The notes under the pieces were generated by a model, which was given only the letters and a program-made list of their open reading frames with translations, ran no database searches and was not told the DNA's origin. From Coriobacteriales bacterium (lineage in GTDB: Bacteria > Actinomycetota > Coriobacteriia > Coriobacteriales > CADBOM01), in the NCBI GenBank assembly GCA_050946275.1, contig JBMNUM010000003.1:17170-81169 (forward strand): 64,000 bases of DNA, read 5' to 3'. Below are positions 61,988 through 64,000 of the stretch, in pieces. Position 1 is the first letter of the stretch. Every line of letters starts with the position of its first letter. The position numbers and the translations under genes were made by a program.

Positions 61988-63433
61988 ATGAGCGAAAACG
62001 AAGAAAAGGCCAAGGGAGCCCAAACGCAGCGCAAAACGCAGAAGCAGTCGAACTCGCGTAACCAGGGCAAGCAGCAGGGCGGCAAGGGCCAGCAGAACCG
62101 CGGCCGCCGCCCGCGCAGGCACCATAACCAGCAGCAGGAGGTCGCGCCGCAGGCCAATCGCGAGGACCTCGCGAAGCTCAAGGTCGCCGAGCTCAAGGAG
62201 AAGGCGGCAGAGCTCGAGCTCACCGTCAAGCCCGGCACGAAGAAGGACCAGCTGATCGACCTCGTGCTCGAGGCCCTCATCAAGGCCGAGGGCTTCGTGG
62301 AGTGCGAGGGCGTGCTCGACCTGTTCTCCGAGGGGTACGGCTTCCTCCGCGCGAAGGGCTACCTGCCGTCCGAGAACGACGTGTACGTGGGCGTGTCCAT
62401 GATCAGGCGCAACGGCCTGCGCAAGGGCGATTGGATCCGCGGCCAGGTGCGTCCCGCCAAGGACAACGAGAAGTACGCGGCGCTGCACCGCATCGACACC
62501 GTCAACGACCTGCCGCTCGAGGTGATCGCGCATCGCCCCAAGTTCGCCGACCTCACGCCGATCTTCCCGGACGAGCGTCTCACGATGGAGCATGGTCAGA
62601 ACACGATCACCGCGCGCACGATCGACCTCGTCGCGCCCATCGGAAAGGGCCAGCGCGGCCTCATCGTCTCGCCGCCCAAGGCCGGTAAGACGACGATCCT
62701 CAAGGACATCGCCGCCGCCATCACGGCCAACGACCCCGACGTGCACCTGATGTGCTTGCTCGTGGACGAGCGTCCCGAGGAGGTCACCGACATGGAGCGC
62801 TCGATCAAGGGCGAGGTCATCTCGTCGACGTTCGACATGCCGTGCGAGAACCACATCGCCGTCGCGGAGCTCGTCATCGAGCGCGCGAAGCGCCTCGTCG
62901 AGGTGGGCAAGGACGTCGTCATCCTCCTCGACTCGATCACGCGCCTCGCGCGCGCGTACAACCTCGGGCAGCCCGCATCGGGACGCGTGCTCTCCGGCGG
63001 CGTCGATTCCACCGCGCTCTATCCGCCGAAGCGCTTCCTCGGCGCTGCGCGCAACATCGAGGGCGGCGGCTCGCTGACCATTCTCGCCAGCGCGCTCATC
63101 GACACCGGCTCGAAGATGGACGAGGTCATCTTCGAGGAGTTCAAGGGCACGGGCAACATGGAGCTCAAGCTCGACCGCAACCTGGCCGACCGCAGGATCT
63201 TCCCGGCGATCGACCCGGTCACGTCGGGCACGCGCAAGGAGGAGCTGCTGCTCGACCCGCAGGTCGCGCCGCTCATCTGGGGCGTGCGCCGCGTGCTCGC
63301 CAACCTCAACAACACCGAGCGCGCGATGGAGATGCTCATCAAGAGCCTCAAGTCCACCCGCGACAACACCGAGTTCCTCATCCGCACGGCCAAGAAGGCC
63401 CAGGAGCGACAGGGACAGGGCTTCGAGCTGTAG
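61988..63433 (+). CDS. rho: transcription termination factor Rho with a basic, Gln/Arg-rich N-terminal insertion
   Basis: The Rho N-terminal SAP-like segment (LKVAELKEKAAELEL), the RNA-binding GYGFLR, Walker A SPPKAGKTT and LLVDERPEEV are present, with the Q- and R-loops. Confidence 0.95.
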   Translation: MSENEEKAKGAQTQRKTQKQSNSRNQGKQQGGKGQQNRGRRPRRHHNQQQEVAPQANREDLAKLKVAELKEKAAELELTVKPGTKKDQLIDLVLEALIKAEGFVECEGVLDLFSEGYGFLRAKGYLPSENDVYVGVSMIRRNGLRKGDWIRGQVRPAKDNEKYAALHRIDTVNDLPLEVIAHRPKFADLTPIFPDERLTMEHGQNTITARTIDLVAPIGKGQRGLIVSPPKAGKTTILKDIAAAITANDPDVHLMCLLVDERPEEVTDMERSIKGEVISSTFDMPCENHIAVAELVIERAKRLVEVGKDVVILLDSITRLARAYNLGQPASGRVLSGGVDSTALYPPKRFLGAARNIEGGGSLTILASALIDTGSKMDEVIFEEFKGTGNMELKLDRNLADRRIFPAIDPVTSGTRKEELLLDPQVAPLIWGVRRVLANLNNTERAMEMLIKSLKSTRDNTEFLIRTAKKAQERQGQGFEL

Positions 63434-63458
63434 GCGTTTCCGAGAAGAGATGCAAGCG

Positions 63459-63493
63459 GCGGGCCGGCGCGAATGATGCGCCGGCCCGCTTTC
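63459..63493 (+). terminator. hairpin terminator after rho
   Basis: gcgggccggcgc-gaatgat-gcgccggcccgc is followed by tttcg. Confidence 0.6.
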
Positions 63494-63499
63494 GTGTGC

Positions 63500-63720
63500 A
63501 GGGGGGGTGCGGCCGTGGAAGCCGGGGCGGGCGCGGGACGCGGGGCGGCAGCGGGCGTGGTGCGGACCGGTAGCGGGCGCGGGGTGCGGGCGCGGGGCGA
63601 GGACGCGAGGGCGGCGGGGCGCGAGGTGCGGCGCGAGGGCGTGGCGCTGCCGGGGCGGCACGGCGCGAGGTGCGGCGCGAGGGCGTGGGCGGCACGGCGC
63701 GGGCGGAGTATGAATGCCGG
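63500..63720 (+). repeat. strongly G-skewed low-complexity tract containing a perfect 27 nt direct repeat
   Basis: There are many GGG/GGGG runs on the + strand. ggcgcgaggtgcggcgcgagggcgtgg occurs at 63618-63644 and again at 63662-63688. Confidence 0.8.
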
Positions 63721-63743
63721 GCCAGACTCTGACTGTCTGCCCT

Positions 63744-63994
63744 AAAATGCGGGGATGTCGAAAAACGGGGTGCCCGTGCACGTTTGCGCGGCCCGCCTGT
63801 CCCAAATTGCGGGGTTGTCGAAGTCGGATCGGTCCAGCCTGTCCAGAAATGCGGGGTTGTCGAAAAATCCTGTCCCAAATTGCGGGGTTGTCGAAAAATC
63901 CGGAGCGTTCCGCTTTCGACAACCCCGCGTTTTGGGACACGGGAGGGCGTTTTCCGTGCACGGCGGGCCTGGTTTTCGACAACCCCGCATTTTG
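63744..63994. repeat. cluster of six copies (4 direct, 2 inverted) of a roughly 24 nt repeat, family D (AAATGCGGGGTTGTCGAAAAA)
   Basis: Copies lie at about 63744, 63798, 63839 and 63871 (direct) and at 63914 and 63973 (inverted). Flanking ccgtgcacg segments are also inverted. Confidence 0.85.
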
Positions 63995-64000
63995 CTCGGT

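Noticed and set aside
63473-63745. Protein-coding ORFs in the G-rich tract after rho
   Set aside because: The translations are Arg/Gly/Ala homopolymer-like on both strands and overlap each other. There is no SD, and the tract contains direct repeats.
63744-63994. Possible CRISPR array (short repeats separated by short spacers)
   Set aside because: The repeats occur in both orientations. Spacing is irregular (about 54, 41 and 32 nt). The spacers partly repeat each other, and no cas genes are nearby. A REP/BIME-like cluster fits better. The window ends inside the array, so this cannot be fully excluded.

Overview
This is a visibly GC-rich chromosomal segment. Its gene content fits an anaerobic high-GC Gram-positive organism, probably Actinomycetota or Coriobacteriia-like; that placement is inferred from an [FeFe]-hydrogenase, Nfn, the anaerobic cbi pathway and lipoprotein lipoboxes. 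Nearly all real genes lie on the + strand. The long reverse-strand ORFs are high-GC artefacts.

Gene order:
- valS, sugE (minus strand, with a possible guanidine riboswitch), folC and tRNA-Val(UAC)
- an ArsM-like methyltransferase, upp-uraA, a GNAT and yjbQ
- a 690-700 aa protein with Fic-like and HipA-like regions
- ferritin, a trimeric HydCBA-type [FeFe]-hydrogenase and nfnAB
- an ABC exporter, a DUF2974 hydrolase and a U32-family protein split by one in-frame TGA
- feoA-feoA-feoB plus small metal-related proteins, and two tandem Fe-alcohol dehydrogenases (minus strand)
- a roughly 24 kb anaerobic cobalamin locus
- an ABC-F ATPase (minus strand), an alanine/glycine:cation symporter, slyD, a hypothetical membrane protein, an amidohydrolase, fsa/tal and rho

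The cobalamin locus runs cbiD-cbiF-cbiG, DUF364, MFS, cbiH-cbiJ-cbiET-cbiA-cbiB-cobD, lipoprotein (minus strand), cbiP, MFS, cbiC, btuC-btuD, cobalamin riboswitch, exported cbiK-like lipoprotein, tandem-repeat surface protein and btuF-like lipoprotein.

I saw no rRNA, transposase, integrase, CRISPR-cas or recognisable defence genes.

Most noteworthy observations:
1. A riboswitch-gated operon of three exported proteins (CbiK-like, an unknown two-repeat anchored protein, BtuF-like) looks like a Gram-positive corrinoid or tetrapyrrole capture module.
2. Two paralogous MFS cassettes sit inside the cbi locus. Each has an AT-rich upstream island, a conserved leader and a matching terminator.
3. In the Fic-like/HipA-like fusion, both catalytic motifs look degenerate.
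4. The HydA H-cluster L1 motif reads TSCSPGW rather than the canonical TSCCPxW.
5. At least four families of palindromic repeats are present. One family lies inside the 5' coding region of the btuD-like gene. Another sits between the -10 box and the SD of both folC and cbiC.
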